Positions 41,611 through 55,549 of a stretch of DNA of 64,000 bases are shown piece by piece. The notes beneath the pieces were generated by a model. It searched no databases and had not been told where the DNA came from. It saw only the letters and a program-made list of their open reading frames with translations. This DNA comes from Octopus vulgaris (Eukaryota), in NCBI GenBank assembly GCA_951406725.2, contig OX597815.1:41106001-41170000 (forward strand), read 5' to 3'. Positions within the stretch are counted from its first letter, which is position 1. The number at the start of each line of letters is the position of its first letter. A program made the position numbers and the translations under genes.

Positions 41611-43163
41611 TAATCATTACTGTTGTTGTTAAATGCATTATTAAACAGTTTTTTTCTGTTTATTTTTTAAAACTTTGTATATTTGTTTTTGTGTTATGAA
41701 TACCTAAATATTCTTATTATTATTATATAAAAATATTTTATTTCTAAACACTAATGAAGCTAATTTTACCCGGAAAGATTCTGTAACAGCCTATATAACC
41801 TGTGACAACAGCAGGTTTGTTAGGTGCTCAGACATTGATTAAAATCTATTCAAGGATCTAGAATAAATTTATACCTTGATCTAAAAATAAAAAAGAATTG
41901 AGAAAATACAGAACAAAAGAAAATTCAACTTAAAAAATGCAATATAATAAAACAAAAAAGTTTAAAAACAGAGGTTATGCCATGGTCTCTAAAATTGATC
42001 AGATTTTCAGATAAATTTTCAGAACTGCATTTTTAATATTTTGCTTTTATGCTTATAGAATATATAAAAAAAAAAGTCAGAAAAATACTTTTATTTGACA
42101 TAAGAGCAATGAGGCAATATGTCATATTAGAATTCATTAGAGTTGTAATTAGCTAAGTTGATAAAAATGGCGAATGAATTGACTATTTATAGCATTTTGC
42201 TGCTGTACAATGACCATTAATAAAACAACTAAACCTCACTGGCTTGAGTCATTAGGCTGTATATATATGCAACATGTACTAGTACATGTACTGGCAAAAC
42301 TACTGGCTTGATTCATCAGGCTGTGCACACAGGTAACATGTTGGGGTACAACTTATAGTTGTAAATTATTAAAATTCTCTATATTTAAGATGTGCTTTTT
42401 GAGATCACAGATTGAAGATTCAATTCTCCTATGAGCTTGTAGAAGACACTGACAAGTTACTCTAGGCTTCTGACCATCTCCAGGCTTTTGCTTAGTGTTG
42501 TTTGTTGTTTGTGTTTCTCATACAAGGACTAGTTTGATAAGAGAGCAAGGGATAGAGGTCTTTGTCTATGTGTTGTAAGAAGTGATATCTGATATATGTT
42601 AAGGACCATGGATTTTACCTTCATAAAATTTTTTTTCCTCTTTTGAAAAAAACAAAACAAAATAAAAACATTTTTTTTTTATCAGTTGATGTCTGATCAA
42701 AAACAAGAATTAAAAAAGCAAAAAGTAAAGATCAATGTAATTATTCTAAATGAAAATTCAAATTTTTTTGCTGTGAGAAAAACGAAAACAAAACAAAACA
42801 AAAGACTCCTTAAAACACACCAAATCAAATAAAAAATTAAAAAATAGTTGCCTCTGATGGAAGATGGCAAAAAATAATGATTATCTTTTATGAAAAGAGA
42901 TAAGCAACAATCAAAATTTGTTATATTGTCATAGAGAATAGTGGCTTTTAACATTTGTGATGTCTTCAGCCTTGTATCTATGTAACAGATCACTATTTGT
43001 TAAGTCTTCTATATTCAATGCATATATATGTGTGTGTGTGTATGTATATATATATATACACAGACACATATACACATGTATGTATGCTATTGTTTTGTCA
43101 TTTTTGTTCATGTCCCACCTTTTTCATACTTGCATATATATGTGTATGTGTGTGTGTGTGTAT

Positions 43164-43226
<63 letters not shown>

Positions 43227-43289
43227 TATGCATATATGTGTATGTGTGTGTATGTTTGTGTATTATATTATTCAAAAGAAACATTTTTG

Positions 43290-43330
<41 letters not shown>

Positions 43331-43689
43331 TATGTATATACATATACACATATATTTATACACATATATATACATACATATAAATATATCCATATTCTTA
43401 TATTTTTGTTTTTACACACACACAACACAATCAAACATATGTACATACACACACATATATATATGTTTATATATATATATCTTCATTACCTGTGTGTATA
43501 TATATATATGCATACACACACACATATCTATATCTATATCTATATATCTATATATATATATATATATGAGTGTGTGTGTAAATCACGTGTTACAAATATG
43601 TTTGGAATATTCATCTTTTAAATGTTTTTAAACTGTCAATATATAGATTAGACAATGCCTTTGTTTATACCAGTTATATGTGTGCATGC

Positions 43690-43938
<249 letters not shown>

Positions 43939-45764
43939 TAAACACACATATACATATACATAAATATAAATGTACAAATTTGAACTTTGAAGCAAGCGAC
44001 ACGTTATTTCGTAATTTTTTCATAAAAAAAGATAATGACTTAATTGCTTTGTTTTATTCTGTACATATGTGGTAATTTTTAAAAAACAATCTGAAAAAAT
44101 GGCTATTATTGCCTCTTTATTTATCTGGTAATGTTAAAGCCAAAAAGAATTTTAAAAAATATGTTGGTGAACAGCTAAATTCAATGTCTTACAAAATTCA
44201 GGTATATTTATTATTAAGAAGATTATAATTTTATTGTGATAATAATAATTATTATTATTATTTATTAAGGTATGATTTTATTTTATGCATTCGCTTGATT
44301 ACTAAGTAACCCATGTGTGGGTCATAACTGTTTTCTTTGGAAGCATTTCTTATGAAAACTTTTTAAAAAATAAAGCTGACCAAATTTTAAAATGTTGAAA
44401 TCTCATTCCACTGGAAGGCATTACCATGTTACACTGAAAATGTTTATTTATTTGTTTTTAAAGTTTTTTTTTTTGATAAATTATCATCTGACTCTACTTT
44501 TCACTGATATTAAAACCCTGCCTCTGACTTTTTGTTATATTATTACCCTGTCATTCAAAGGTATGAAATACTTTTCAATTATTTTATTATTTTTCACAAA
44601 TTTTTCTTGTGTATCTGTTTCCTCTTGCCCACTAAAATATTCATTAATTTTTGCCGTGTGGTTTTAGTTTTACTGCCTGTGCACACTCATGTACACATAC
44701 GCATGCATGTGCACACACACACACACACACACACATCACATCACAGACATATGCTATTTATGATGGATTTGACATTTCTTTGCTATTTCTAACTCAAAAC
44801 ATCCTTTGGCTGTTGGTCAGAGATGGGACCTGGCTGTATGGTAGAGTAATTTTACTCTACAAACAGTACAAAAAAATGTTAATTTTCACATTCATATGAA
44901 GCAAATCCTCACCAGTTTAAATGAACATTTCCAGTGAAAAGCATTTCTCATTTTATGTTTTAGATGGTTGTTACAATATGTATAACCATACTCTTCCAAG
45001 TACTTTCTCATCTTCATTTTGGCATAACTTAAGATCAGTACCTCAGAACTATTATTTAATGCACTGCACCAATACTCTCCTTGTACTCACTTCCCCCAAA
45101 GTTTTTATAAATTGCTCAAAAGGAGGTTACAACTCTGTTTAAGAAACAGTGATTTGTACTGATGGGAAGTGAGACATGTTACCCACAGATCTGTTTAAGT
45201 ATAGTTAGACCATGTCTTTATCATCAACATCACGAAACCTGGACATTACTGATTCAGGTCTTAGGATTCACAGTGCTAGTTACTCTGCTTGGTTTCTGTA
45301 GCGTATAAATGATGAAGATCACAACATTTCCCCCGAACTGGATGCCCATCCATTACAGGGTTACTCATTTATAACCAAGTGGACTGAATCAATGTGAAAT
45401 GCAGTGTTTTGCTGAAGAGCACAACATACCATCCAGTCAGTCCAGGAGTCAAAACCACAGTCTTGTGATTGTGAGTATGATATCTTAACTACAGTAAGAG
45501 GTGAAAAAATATAAAAGTGCAGGTCTAAAATTGTAAACAATTTTTATGTAGTGTTTTCATGATAATGCGATTCAGTGATTCAATAATTTGGTTACTTGTA
45601 TTTAGAGAAAAGTTTTTCAAAGGAGTGATTTTGATAGAAATTCTGTGGACCCCTTAAAAATGGACAAGAAACTTTGGATCAAAGAATGTCTGAGTACAGT
45701 GAGATATCACTGTTCTGACTGAGAGATTATTACTATTATTATTATTATTGTTATTGTTGGTACT

Positions 45765-46282
45765 TAAGGCGGAGAGCTGGCAGAATTGTTAGCATGCTGG
45801 ATGAAATGCTTAGTAGCATTTGTCCATCTTTACATTCTGAGTTCAATTTCTGCCGAGGCTGACTTTGCCTTTCATCCTTTTAGGGTTGATACAAATGAGT
45901 ACCAGTCAAGCACTGGGATTTATGTAATCAACTTGCCCTTCCCTGCAAATTTCAGGCCTTGTGCCTGTAATAGAAACAAGTATTATCCTTATTATAATTA
46001 TTATTATTAAATGTGTGGGGATTATCAGAATTTGTTGAGGCTTAAATAAAATATCTTGCGGTATTTAGTCACAACCCTTTATGTTCTGAGTTCAAATTCT
46101 GTCAAGGTCAACTTTATCTTTCATCCTTTCACAGTTGATAAAAAAAGTATCACCTATGTTGCTCTGCAGTCACTTTGATACCCAACATGTGCCCCACAGC
46201 ACCTGTTCAGGCAATGTTGATATAACCAACTAGCCTTCTTTTCCTAAAAATTATGGCCTTGTGCTCATGTTAGAAATCTCTA

Positions 46283-46330
<48 letters not shown>

Positions 46331-46560
46331 AGATGGCAAGCTGGCAGAACTGTTAGCATGCCAGGCAAAATGCTTAGCAGCATTTCGTCTGCCATTACGT
46401 TCTGGGTTCAAATTCTGCCAAGGTCGACTTTGCCTTTCATTCTTTTGAGGTCGATAAATTAAGTACCAGTGAAACACTGGGGTCGATGTAATCGACTAGT
46501 CCCATACCCCAAAATTTCAGGCCTTGTGTCTTTAGTGTAAAGGATTATTATTATTATTAT
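45765..46560 (+). mobile_element. Cluster of three family B SINEs in (ATT)n tracts
   Basis: Same consensus as the 40-41 kb cluster. Confidence 0.85.
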
Positions 46561-47211
46561 TATGTTTATTACTATTATTGATTTATTATTATCATTATTA
46601 TTGTTGTTGCCATATTAAAATATTTATTTGCATTTTATTTAATTTCCTTTTATTTTTAACTCTTTTTGACTGTGGTTAATTGACTTCCTTCAACAATGTA
46701 AGATCCTAATTATTTTACTGGAAACAATTTGTTTGGAAGGAAATGGAAGACAAAAGTGATGAAATTCTTGAAATATATTCAGTTTATTGTTCCTAAATAA
46801 AGTATATCTCAGCATATATTTCGATCTGTTGTGTTTGTGTTAGTCTCTTCTCTACATGATGGTACATAAATTTTAAACAATTTCAATTCCCACTTAAGCC
46901 ATTCATTCTGTATTTCATAGTAGTGGCAGTGGTAGAGGCAGTGACAATGGTAGTGGTGATATTGATGCTGATAGCAATGGTGATGAAGATGACGGTGATG
47001 ATGATGATGAGGATAATAGTGTATGAGTCTTTCCTTTTAGTGTCCAAAACTCTAAATCATGAAACGAAAGTGAAAGGAAATAAAAAATAAAGATTGTAAT
47101 GTATTCCTAGAGAATTCCTAGGAACTTGAGGTTTCTGTTCAATATTCCTCATTTTCCAGGAATTATAAAATCTGGTAATCAAGCCTGTATTTACCATATA
47201 TATATATTGTG

Positions 47212-47485
47212 TGAAGGTGCATGGCCTATTGGTTAGGGTGTTGCATCAACGTTCGCAAGTTTGTGGTTTCAATTCTTGAACAAGGTGGTGTATTGTGTTG
47301 CTGATCAAAACACTTCACCTCATGTTGCTCTGTGATCACTTCAACATCTGACGTGTGGTACACTGTGCACCTGATCAGGCAATGTTGATTTGATAGAGAG
47401 AGTGAGCTAATGTACAGTACATACATTTGATCATTATAAATGAATCGTTTGTGCTGGTTGTTCAGTAAGAAATTACAGAACCATT
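47212..47485 (+). mobile_element. tRNA-derived SINE related to family C
   Basis: gaaggtgcatggcctattggttaggg...ggtttcaattc head. Confidence 0.65.
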
Positions 47486-47499
47486 ATTCTCAGGTTATT

Positions 47500-50130
47500 T
47501 ATGTGTGAGGGTGTGTGTGTCTGTGCCAAAATTTTGTCAACAAACTCCTCCGCAACCACTGGACAGATTTTAACCAAACTTGGGCATGAGGGACTGTGGG
47601 TACCGGGAGAGTGTCAACATCCATGTGGGATTCACGAAAATTAACCTGTCCGGTTCCAGTCTGGTAAAATCTGACAAAACGAATTACCACTCTCTCACTA
47701 TTCAGTGACTCTCCTACTATTCTGCATGCTTACTGCCTCTTTCTCTTATTCAGAGCTGTAGTGTGATGAGGGGTAATTGAGGGAATTGCAGAGGATGTTA
47801 CATCTCAAAACTCACTTTTTCTTGAACAATTGCGTTCTTTTCCATGTCTCCTATAATTGTCATAAATATTCACGCTTTCAACAGTACACTGTGCCCAGAA
47901 AAAGTAAGGGCAACAACCTGTCCCCCACCCAAATTCCCATTCACAAAAGATTGTTGAGCTAAGTCAATAGACGCTAATTGAAGAAAACAGACAAGGACCT
48001 AGGTCTTCTCAGTGTCACGAAATAAAGCGAAGGAAAATGCAAGAAAATGCAATGGAAAGACTAGAAGAAACAGAGGCACAGAGAAATGCAGGTCAGCTGA
48101 GGAGAGAGAAAACCTGTGCAATGGAAAGATCAGAAGATTCAGAAGCATGGAGGAATGAGAATCAGATGACAACACAGGATACCCGTGCAATGGAAAGACC
48201 AGGAAAAAGAGAAGCATGGAGGAATGTGAATTGGCTAAGAACACAGAAAAGCCATGCAATGGAAACACCCCAAGAAACAGAAGCATGGATAAATGCTGGT
48301 TGGCTGAGGAAACAGGACTCTAGAGAAAATATGTTGCTGCCCCAAATTCAGCAGCGACAAGCAAACAACCAAAGAACTGACTTTGAGAGAATAGCTATGG
48401 AAGTTGATGTGGCAGATTTTCATGAGAAAGAATGAAACCCAAGCTTTATGTTGCACTACTGTGGAAACATTTTTAACAGAACATGCCCTGGCTGCAAAGC
48501 TTTCCTTTAGAGTTCTGAGAAAACTACCCTCTGTTGTGGCAAAGGAAAAATTAGCAGTGACAAAGTTCCACAGATAAAAAAAAAACAGAATTAATAGCGA
48601 AGTACTATGATGTTAATCTATACAGTCAAATGTTTCTGAACAAAATTCGTGACTACAATAATTTACTGGCTATGGCTTCACTTGGACTGGATAATCCACC
48701 AGTTGGACCTCATGGTGGTAGCACTTTTATACCTTCTTTCAAGATTTAAGGAAAGTTGTACCACTGCATAGGAAGTCTCCTACCAGCAGTAAATAGGAAG
48801 CCAGTCTACGCATAGCTATATTTCATTGATACTGAAAATGAGATGAGAAACAGGTTGTCATTCAGAGGAGCTGCCATTGACCTTAATGAAAACATCCTGC
48901 TAGACTTGTAAAGAGCCCTGCATATGCATAATCCATATGTCAAAAGTTTTAAACAGGTTATTGATATAATTAAGGAATTCTCTGCACCAGGAAAATGTTC
49001 TACCAGTGATATTATTACAAGTCATGACAAACAGCTGATTCCTGCTGGGTCACATGAGAGAGCCTATAATCCACTGACTGCAGCAGAAGTTGCTGTGATC
49101 ATGGTGGGAGATGATACTAATAATCCAAACATTAAACCTGCGGATGCTGTTGTGCCATACAGAGAAAGCAATGGGAAGTTAGACTACATTGGTCAAAGCT
49201 ATGACCGTCTTCATTATGTACTTTTGTTTCCTGTGGGGAAGATGGCTGGAATGTGCTCTTGAAAGACAATGACTGAAGTAAAAATATCACTGAATGTGAC
49301 TTTTATTCTTATTGGCTTTGGGTAAGGACAAGTTCAATGGCATAGTGAAAAGTAGACGTCTGATGCAACAATATGCAGTAGATCAATATGCAAAGATAGA
49401 GCAAGATTGATTACACTTCCTAAGAACTCATCAGAAACAGGTTAAGGCTGAAAAGTATCAGGGCCTTCTGGATGCTATTACAAATGGTGACATGAATGAT
49501 TTAGGGTCTAAAATCATTCTTCTGCAATCACATACTGGTTCTTGGTTTTACAGGGAGTGTTTCCAAGCTGGAATGGCTTTGGTGAGAGAGTTTGGAAAGC
49601 CAGACTACTTCATCACTATGACAACCAATCAAAAGTTCTAGGAACAATGAGTATATATTGACCTTGTTTCTGGGAACAATGTGCATGCATTGGCTTTGGT
49701 TCTGGGAACAATGTGCATATATTGGCTTTGGACTCAGGGTATAAGGGTATGGAAGGAATCTACACTGACAACATTGTCTATACTCTTTTACTCTCTATTA
49801 GAGAGTAAAAGAGTAAGAAAATTGTAGTAAATTTCATTTTTTACTTTAAAACTACAAATAGAAGTTCAGATATTTACTAGTTGAATTGACCGCCTGGAGG
49901 GTGGTGATTCAGCTAGTGCTTATAAATGAATTATTTGTATCCGGGCAATAGACAGGGAGAGTGGGGAAAGATGGGGGTGAAGGGAAAGGGAGTGAGAGAA
50001 GGAAGGAAAGGGAGAAGAACAGAGAGAGAGAGAGAGAGAGAAAGAGAAAGACTGTCAATGTATTATTAAAATATGCAGATGGTGGTTATAAAGAATATGT
50101 AAAAAATTCGAAACTGGGTTATTCCTCTAT
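47500..50130 (+). mobile_element. Internally deleted Helitron (N-terminal repeats, Zn finger, helitron-N/Rep region), pseudogenised
   Basis: CPGCKAF..LCCGKGKI, FLNKIRDYNNLLAMASLG, GKLYHCIGSLLP, HNPYVKSF, HERAYN, YDRLHYVLLFP, QQYAVDQYAKIEQ and FGKPDYFITMTTN. Breaks off at ~49640. Element ends are approximate. Confidence 0.9.
49641..49736 (+). repeat. 3 x 32-bp tandem repeat at the Helitron deletion junction
   Basis: ggaacaatg...tattggctttggttct at 49641, 49673 and 49705. Confidence 0.8.
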
Positions 50131-50393
50131 CCTCCTTGTATGTATGTATGTGTGTATGTGTGTGTGTGTGTGTGTGTTGTGGGTATGTTCTCCAGAACAA
50201 TGATCAACCAGAGACAAATATGGTGACCAACAACTTTTAAATCTACTTACATATTCTTGTGAACTTTAAAACATTTGATTCACAAATTTTTCATATTAAT
50301 AACACTTTTTTTTAAGGGCATCTAGCCATAAAAACAATGCCAAAACAAACAGAAGTCTGGTGCAGTCTTCTTCCTGGTCAGCTCTTGTCAAAC

Positions 50394-50881
50394 TGGGACT
50401 GGAAGGTTCCTGATACCTGTGGAGTATCTCCCTCTCCCATTACAATTATATTTTGTATTCTTAGGATTCTGGAACTCGAAGAAGATGAGGCTTACAAGTG
50501 GATGCAATTCAATGGTTGCTTATTTGGTTCTCATTTCATGGGGTTTGCTCCTGGTGACCAGCTGTATGTCAGCATGTAGTTCATTAGCTCTGTTCGCGAG
50601 AGGTACATTACCTCTGGAGATAACTGGTAAAGTTAGAGCAGGTCAAGAATCTGCTGTGAGCTGGTAGGCTGCAGTGTTGTTCAACGTGAGCGCCAATGCG
50701 AGAGAAGAGAGCGGGTTGCTCAATACACCTCCTTAAATAGATGTTGCCCACGAGAGCCTCACTGTGGTCTTGCGCATGGCAAACATGGTTGTAGGCGAGA
50801 TCTCGCGCTTGTCTCGGACCTGGCAGTGGCCACTGGCGAGATCTCGTACAAAATGGCGCTGGCTTCTTGTGTCATGCTACA
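50394..50881 (-). mobile_element. 3' LTR of the Gypsy element
   Basis: Minus strand: polypurine tract gggtggggggagccct followed by TGTAGCA...CA. Homologous to 15963-16442. Confidence 0.8.
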
Positions 50882-53292
50882 AGGGCTCCCCCCACCCGAG
50901 AACGCTAGTGCGAAAATTAGAATGACTGGAGCATGCACAAGAAAGCAAAGATGGCCACCGATCACAAACAACAAGATGTGGTACAAAATATAATACAAAA
51001 CGTGAAATTGAGAAAAATAATCACGATATAAAAGGAGCATGCACAAAACATTATTTTACAGAGTTCAATTGGCATGGCATTGGTATTGTTCAGCACATGA
51101 GAAAACAATTGTCTGTCACAGAAAGAAAAAGGGAAAAAGTTAGATGTAAATAGTTCTAGTGAGTTTTTTGGGCCAATGCACAGTGCGACCTGTCCTGGTG
51201 ACATAGGATTTGTCCGTGTTAGGTAGTGGGGACGAAGGTGGAGGTGTAGGTGATGGTGTGATCAAAGGTGCATGTGCAGGTGGATGTGTAGGTGGTTGTA
51301 AGGGATCAAAGGTGGGTGTGGTTGGGATGTCATCGAAGGGTGTGGACACCTCAAAATGCGCCCTTTTAAGTCTGTCGAGCAACATAGTCTCTGCCCGACC
51401 ATTGATGTCGAGACTAAAAGTTTTAGGTGTACGTGATAGCACATGAAATGGTCCCTTATAAGGAGAAACGAGAGGTCCTTTGACAGAATCATCCCAAACA
51501 AAAACGTGAGTCCATTTGTCAATGTCTGGTGGGACGTGAGAGGGAATAGACTGGGTGGAAGACTTGAGAAATACAAGCAAAGTCTGGTGGCATACAATGT
51601 TGGATCAGAACGCGATGAATTGTCTGGTGCCAACATTGTGCCAGGGAGTGCCAGGATGGTACCGTAAAGGAGTTCAGCAGAGGAGAAACCTAAGTCTGCT
51701 TTAACAACAGTGCGACAACCAAGAAGAAGGATAGGCAGGAATTCTGTCCAAGACTGTGGATCAGAAGTGGCGCATAGAGCAGCCTTCAGTTGCCTGTGGA
51801 AACTTTAAACCAACCCATTGGAAGCTGGGTGGTAGCTGGTTGTACGAATGTGATGAACGCCTAGGATTCGTGACAATTCACAAAATAAGGAGGCTTCAAA
51901 CTGGCGTCCACAATCAGTGGTTATTTTAGCTGGGATACCAAAGCGAGCAATCCAGTTAGAAATGAAAGCTCGAACAACTGACTCAGCAGAAATGTCCACT
52001 ATTTGGATGTCAGAGCAAACGTAAGAGGCTTGTGATTAGTATAAATCTCAAAATCCTGGCCCTCAAGTTGATGTTGAATGTAACGAATTGACAGGTAGAT
52101 TGCTAAGAGTTCACGCTCAGATGTACTGTAACAAAGAAAAATCCTGGAGATCCTTGGAGGATAGTGATCGGGAAAAGTGACGCATTTAAACATCTGTAAT
52201 CCCCTACCGGGCGAAAGTCTGAATCCCCTTTCCTTGCCAAATGTAGAGGAGATGCCCAAGGGCTGGTGGGATGGGGCGGGGTGGGGGGAAATAAGGCCGA
52301 GTTGAAGCATATGTTCAAACTCAGAACGAGCCTTTTTGAGCCAATCAGAAAAAACGGGTGGTCTAGAAGTAGTGATATAATGACGAGTTGGGTGTGTGAC
52401 TTTCACTGATTTGAAAGTCAGATCCACAAGCTCTGGGAAAGAAGCCAAAAGGGAGTGGAACTGGTTACCAGCAGTGGTGACAAAAAATGGCAGGCTGAAA
52501 ACAGCATTAGTAGTAACGTGAGTAGGCGTGAACAAAGACGTAGAATCATCCACGAGTCTCTGTTGCCTGACATCTTACAAATAAGGGGAAATGGTTTAAG
52601 AAGTCCACACCCAGAATGGGGTAGGGCAGATCTGCTATAACAAAAACCCGCCTAAAATACCTTCAAAGGTTGAGATTTAGGTGTAATGAGACTTGACAGT
52701 AAGTTTTTATTGGGGATAGATTCACGGCGTGCAGGTTAATGGCAGATTGCTTCGGCTTGTCTGAAGTAAAATGCAAAGGCCAAATAGAACAGCTGGATCC
52801 AGTGTCAACCATAAACGCTTCACCAGACACATGATCCTTAACAAAGAATGCACGATTAGATGAGAAAGTGTAAGAAACGTCTGACGTGCTCAAATCTTCC
52901 GTAACTAGTTTCCCGACAACTGGAACGAGCATGGCTGGAGGCCTTGAAAGTGGCATGGTACCAGTAGAGATTGGAACCCGTTGGAGTAGACCTAGTCGAC
53001 TGTGACTGAGAACGGCTTCTGCTGCGAGGACAACGAGTGCTGGCATGTCCTCACCACAATGTGTCCATGCGACATGCTAACACATCGACTCTCTCCAAAA
53101 TGTCGTCATGTGACGAGGGAGTGGACTTAGTGGTAGTAGAGGAAGCTGCTACGGTGTCTGAACTAGTATGATGAGGTGCAGGCTGCACAGTGAACTCAAT
53201 AATTTTGCCCGCCATGGTGGCTAACTGGTCAAGCGAATTTGAGTGTACAGCTGTGCCCAGTATAGATTGGACATTCGGTGACAGCCGAGAGA
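50882..53292 (-). mobile_element. Ty3/Gypsy retrotransposon internal region (gag end, protease, RT/RNase H remnants, integrase), decayed with deletions
   Basis: LDQLATMA (gag), FMVDTGSSCS (protease), SPWASPLHL..DFRPVGDYR.LN (RT), ERELLAIY..IYTNHKPL (RNase H), WIARFGIPAKITTD.GRQF..TTSYHPASNGLV (integrase), PYKGPF. The 5' part is lost at a microsatellite. Confidence 0.95.
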
Positions 53293-53294
<2 letters not shown>

Positions 53295-53342
<48 letters not shown>

Positions 53343-53502
53343 CATAAACATACATATGTACACACACGCACATACACACATACACGCATGCAAAAATACA
53401 TACATACACACATACGTACATACATACACACACATGCATACATACATACATACATACATACATACACACACACATACACACACACACACATACATACACA
53501 CA

Positions 53503-53565
<63 letters not shown>

Positions 53566-54089
53566 ACATACATACACACACACATATAAACACACATATA
53601 AGCCCCTACATTGTACACACACGCACACATATATACATACATTCACTCGCACGCACGTACACACACACGCACACACACACACACATTTACATATATATAT
53701 ATATATACTATACACTCACACACACATACACGCGTACAAACACACACAAACTCACATACACACCGACAGATATACATACACAATATACACCCATCCGCGC
53801 ACGCACACATACACACAAACACATACAAACGCACACATACACGCACATACATACTCTCACACAAATGAACCCACATATACATCCCCCTACACACACACAC
53901 GCACGTACAAGCACACACGTACTAGGGTTACGCCACACACCCACACTCTACGTATACACACACACACACACACACACACTACAAACAACACACACATATG
54001 ATGTTTTTTGACTTGTCTTTGACCTACCTTGACACAAACAGCTAGTAGTCATCACCACAGCTGGCTTTGTCATTATCTATTCACCAAAA

Positions 54090-54130
<41 letters not shown>

Positions 54131-54168
54131 AACACACTTGTCATCTTGCACACACACACACACACACA
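53295..54168. repeat. (TA)n/(CA)n-rich low-complexity block
   Basis: Seen directly. Confidence 0.9.
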
Positions 54169-54318
54169 GGCATTCCCTTTTTTGGAACTCTCTTGCATTA
54201 TAAAACCATTTTTCAACTACCTCCAAATTCTGTTCTTTTCAACATGTGATCTCTTAAGCACCACCAGCTCAAATATTGTCTCCTCTGTCTTCCCTCCTTG
54301 GGATCTTTCCTTCTCCTT

Positions 54319-54354
54319 GTTTCCGACGAAGAGCTCCGCTCGAAACGTTAAAAC
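54319..54354 (+). ncRNA. Atypical minimal hammerhead motif (core CCGACGA) in a PLE terminal-repeat-like fragment (~54170-54465)
   Basis: gttt-CCGACGA-A-GAGC-tcc-GCTC-GAAACGTTA-aaac: stem I gttt/aaac, stem II, palindromic AACGTT stem III, U4C change. Confidence 0.6.
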
Positions 54355-54462
54355 CTCCTTCCCTTCTTTCCTGAGCGTCAATAATACTTTAATTGTTCCA
54401 CGTCCTGCGTTGCTGTGTTTTTTTCTTTTTTTCCCTTTTTTTCTGTGTTTTCTTGTTTGGAT

Positions 54463-54499
<37 letters not shown>

Positions 54500-54514
54500 A
54501 TATATATATATGTA

Positions 54515-54556
<42 letters not shown>

Positions 54557-54674
54557 CATATATATATACATACATATAAAATATGAATTGAAGATAAAAC
54601 CACTATTATGCAACTCAAACAGTGATAGACATAAACCAATACATAAATAACAAATAATATATATATATAACGTA

Positions 54675-54773
54675 AGGTGTATTAGCCATCTGAATGTGGC
54701 TAGCCACTGGGGGGGGGTGTTACTGATGCTTTTAGCCCCAGGCGATCAACGTCATCAGAAGGACTTTAGACAC
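54675..54773. ncRNA. Candidate pseudoknotted RNA module
   Basis: Interleaved 6-bp pairings ctgggg/ccccag and ctgatg/catcag, plus hairpin tagcca/tggcta. Confidence 0.35.
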
Positions 54774-54791
54774 TATCTCAGTGCCCTTGTG

Positions 54792-54922
54792 TTATTTGCA
54801 AAGGGAGGTCATCCTCCCTCGAAGACCCGAGTACTACATACGGACTATAGTTTCAAGGTAATTGCCTCTCGTCAACGCATGGTAAGCACCGGTCTTCGAT
54901 GAATGAGTCCCCTTGCAAATAA
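54792..54922 (-). ncRNA. Type I hammerhead ribozyme (core 54837-54881) with greatly extended stem I
   Basis: Minus strand: catgcg-TTGACGA-gagg-caatta-cctt-GAAA-ctatag-TC-cgtatg. Stem I continues via tcgaagacc/ggtcttcga and ttatttgcaa/ttgcaaataa. Confidence 0.75.
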
Positions 54923-55019
54923 ATATATAACGTTTTTCACAGCAACCACCGTCACTGATTTAGAAAAAGTGTCTGAAAACAATAATAAATCTCTGAACGA
55001 GATATAAAATGCATATATA

Positions 55020-55070
<51 letters not shown>

Positions 55071-55149
55071 GGTGAAAAGGAACACACGAGTTGATATATA
55101 TGAAAAAACAAGTCAAAAATAGAAAATGCTAAAATAATTTTATAGTGAA

Positions 55150-55197
55150 CATTTCAGTACCGGTTTCGGTCATTTTGAGACCTTTTCAACTGTAACG
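55150..55197 (-). ncRNA. Minimal hammerhead, U3-A8 variant (sense to the PLE ORF)
   Basis: cgttacag-TTGAAAA-ggtc-tcaaaat-gacc-GAAA-CCGG-TA-ctgaaatg. Confidence 0.75.
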
Positions 55198-55549
55198 ATT
55201 AAATAATTAAATTTAGAAAAATTAGAAGAAAAGTTTTTTAAAGGAATATTTCTATAGTAGTGTTCAGATATAGGTGGCATTCTGCCTTTCTCTGGCTCCC
55301 TTGTTTGCACTTGTGTGTTGGAGGTCGTTGTGAGTTCTTGGTAGGGTAGTAGAGGAAGAAGGCTGATGAGGAAAGGGGGTGGGAGAATCTGGGAGTGCCC
55401 TGATGGTCGTATTTTGAATGGTCTGTGGCGGCTGGCAGTCGCAGTTCAATTCAGGAGAATATTTCTATTGAAAGGCTTGTTTATAGAATTTGCTTAGGTG
55501 TTATACTAAAAAACATTAGTGACAAAGTTAAGGGGTAGAAGGTGGGGAA

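Noticed and set aside
54695-54760. Firm pistol ribozyme call on the + strand
   Set aside because: P1 is weak, the conserved AAA linker and P3 are absent, and the neighbouring hammerhead is on the other strand; kept only as a loose resemblance.
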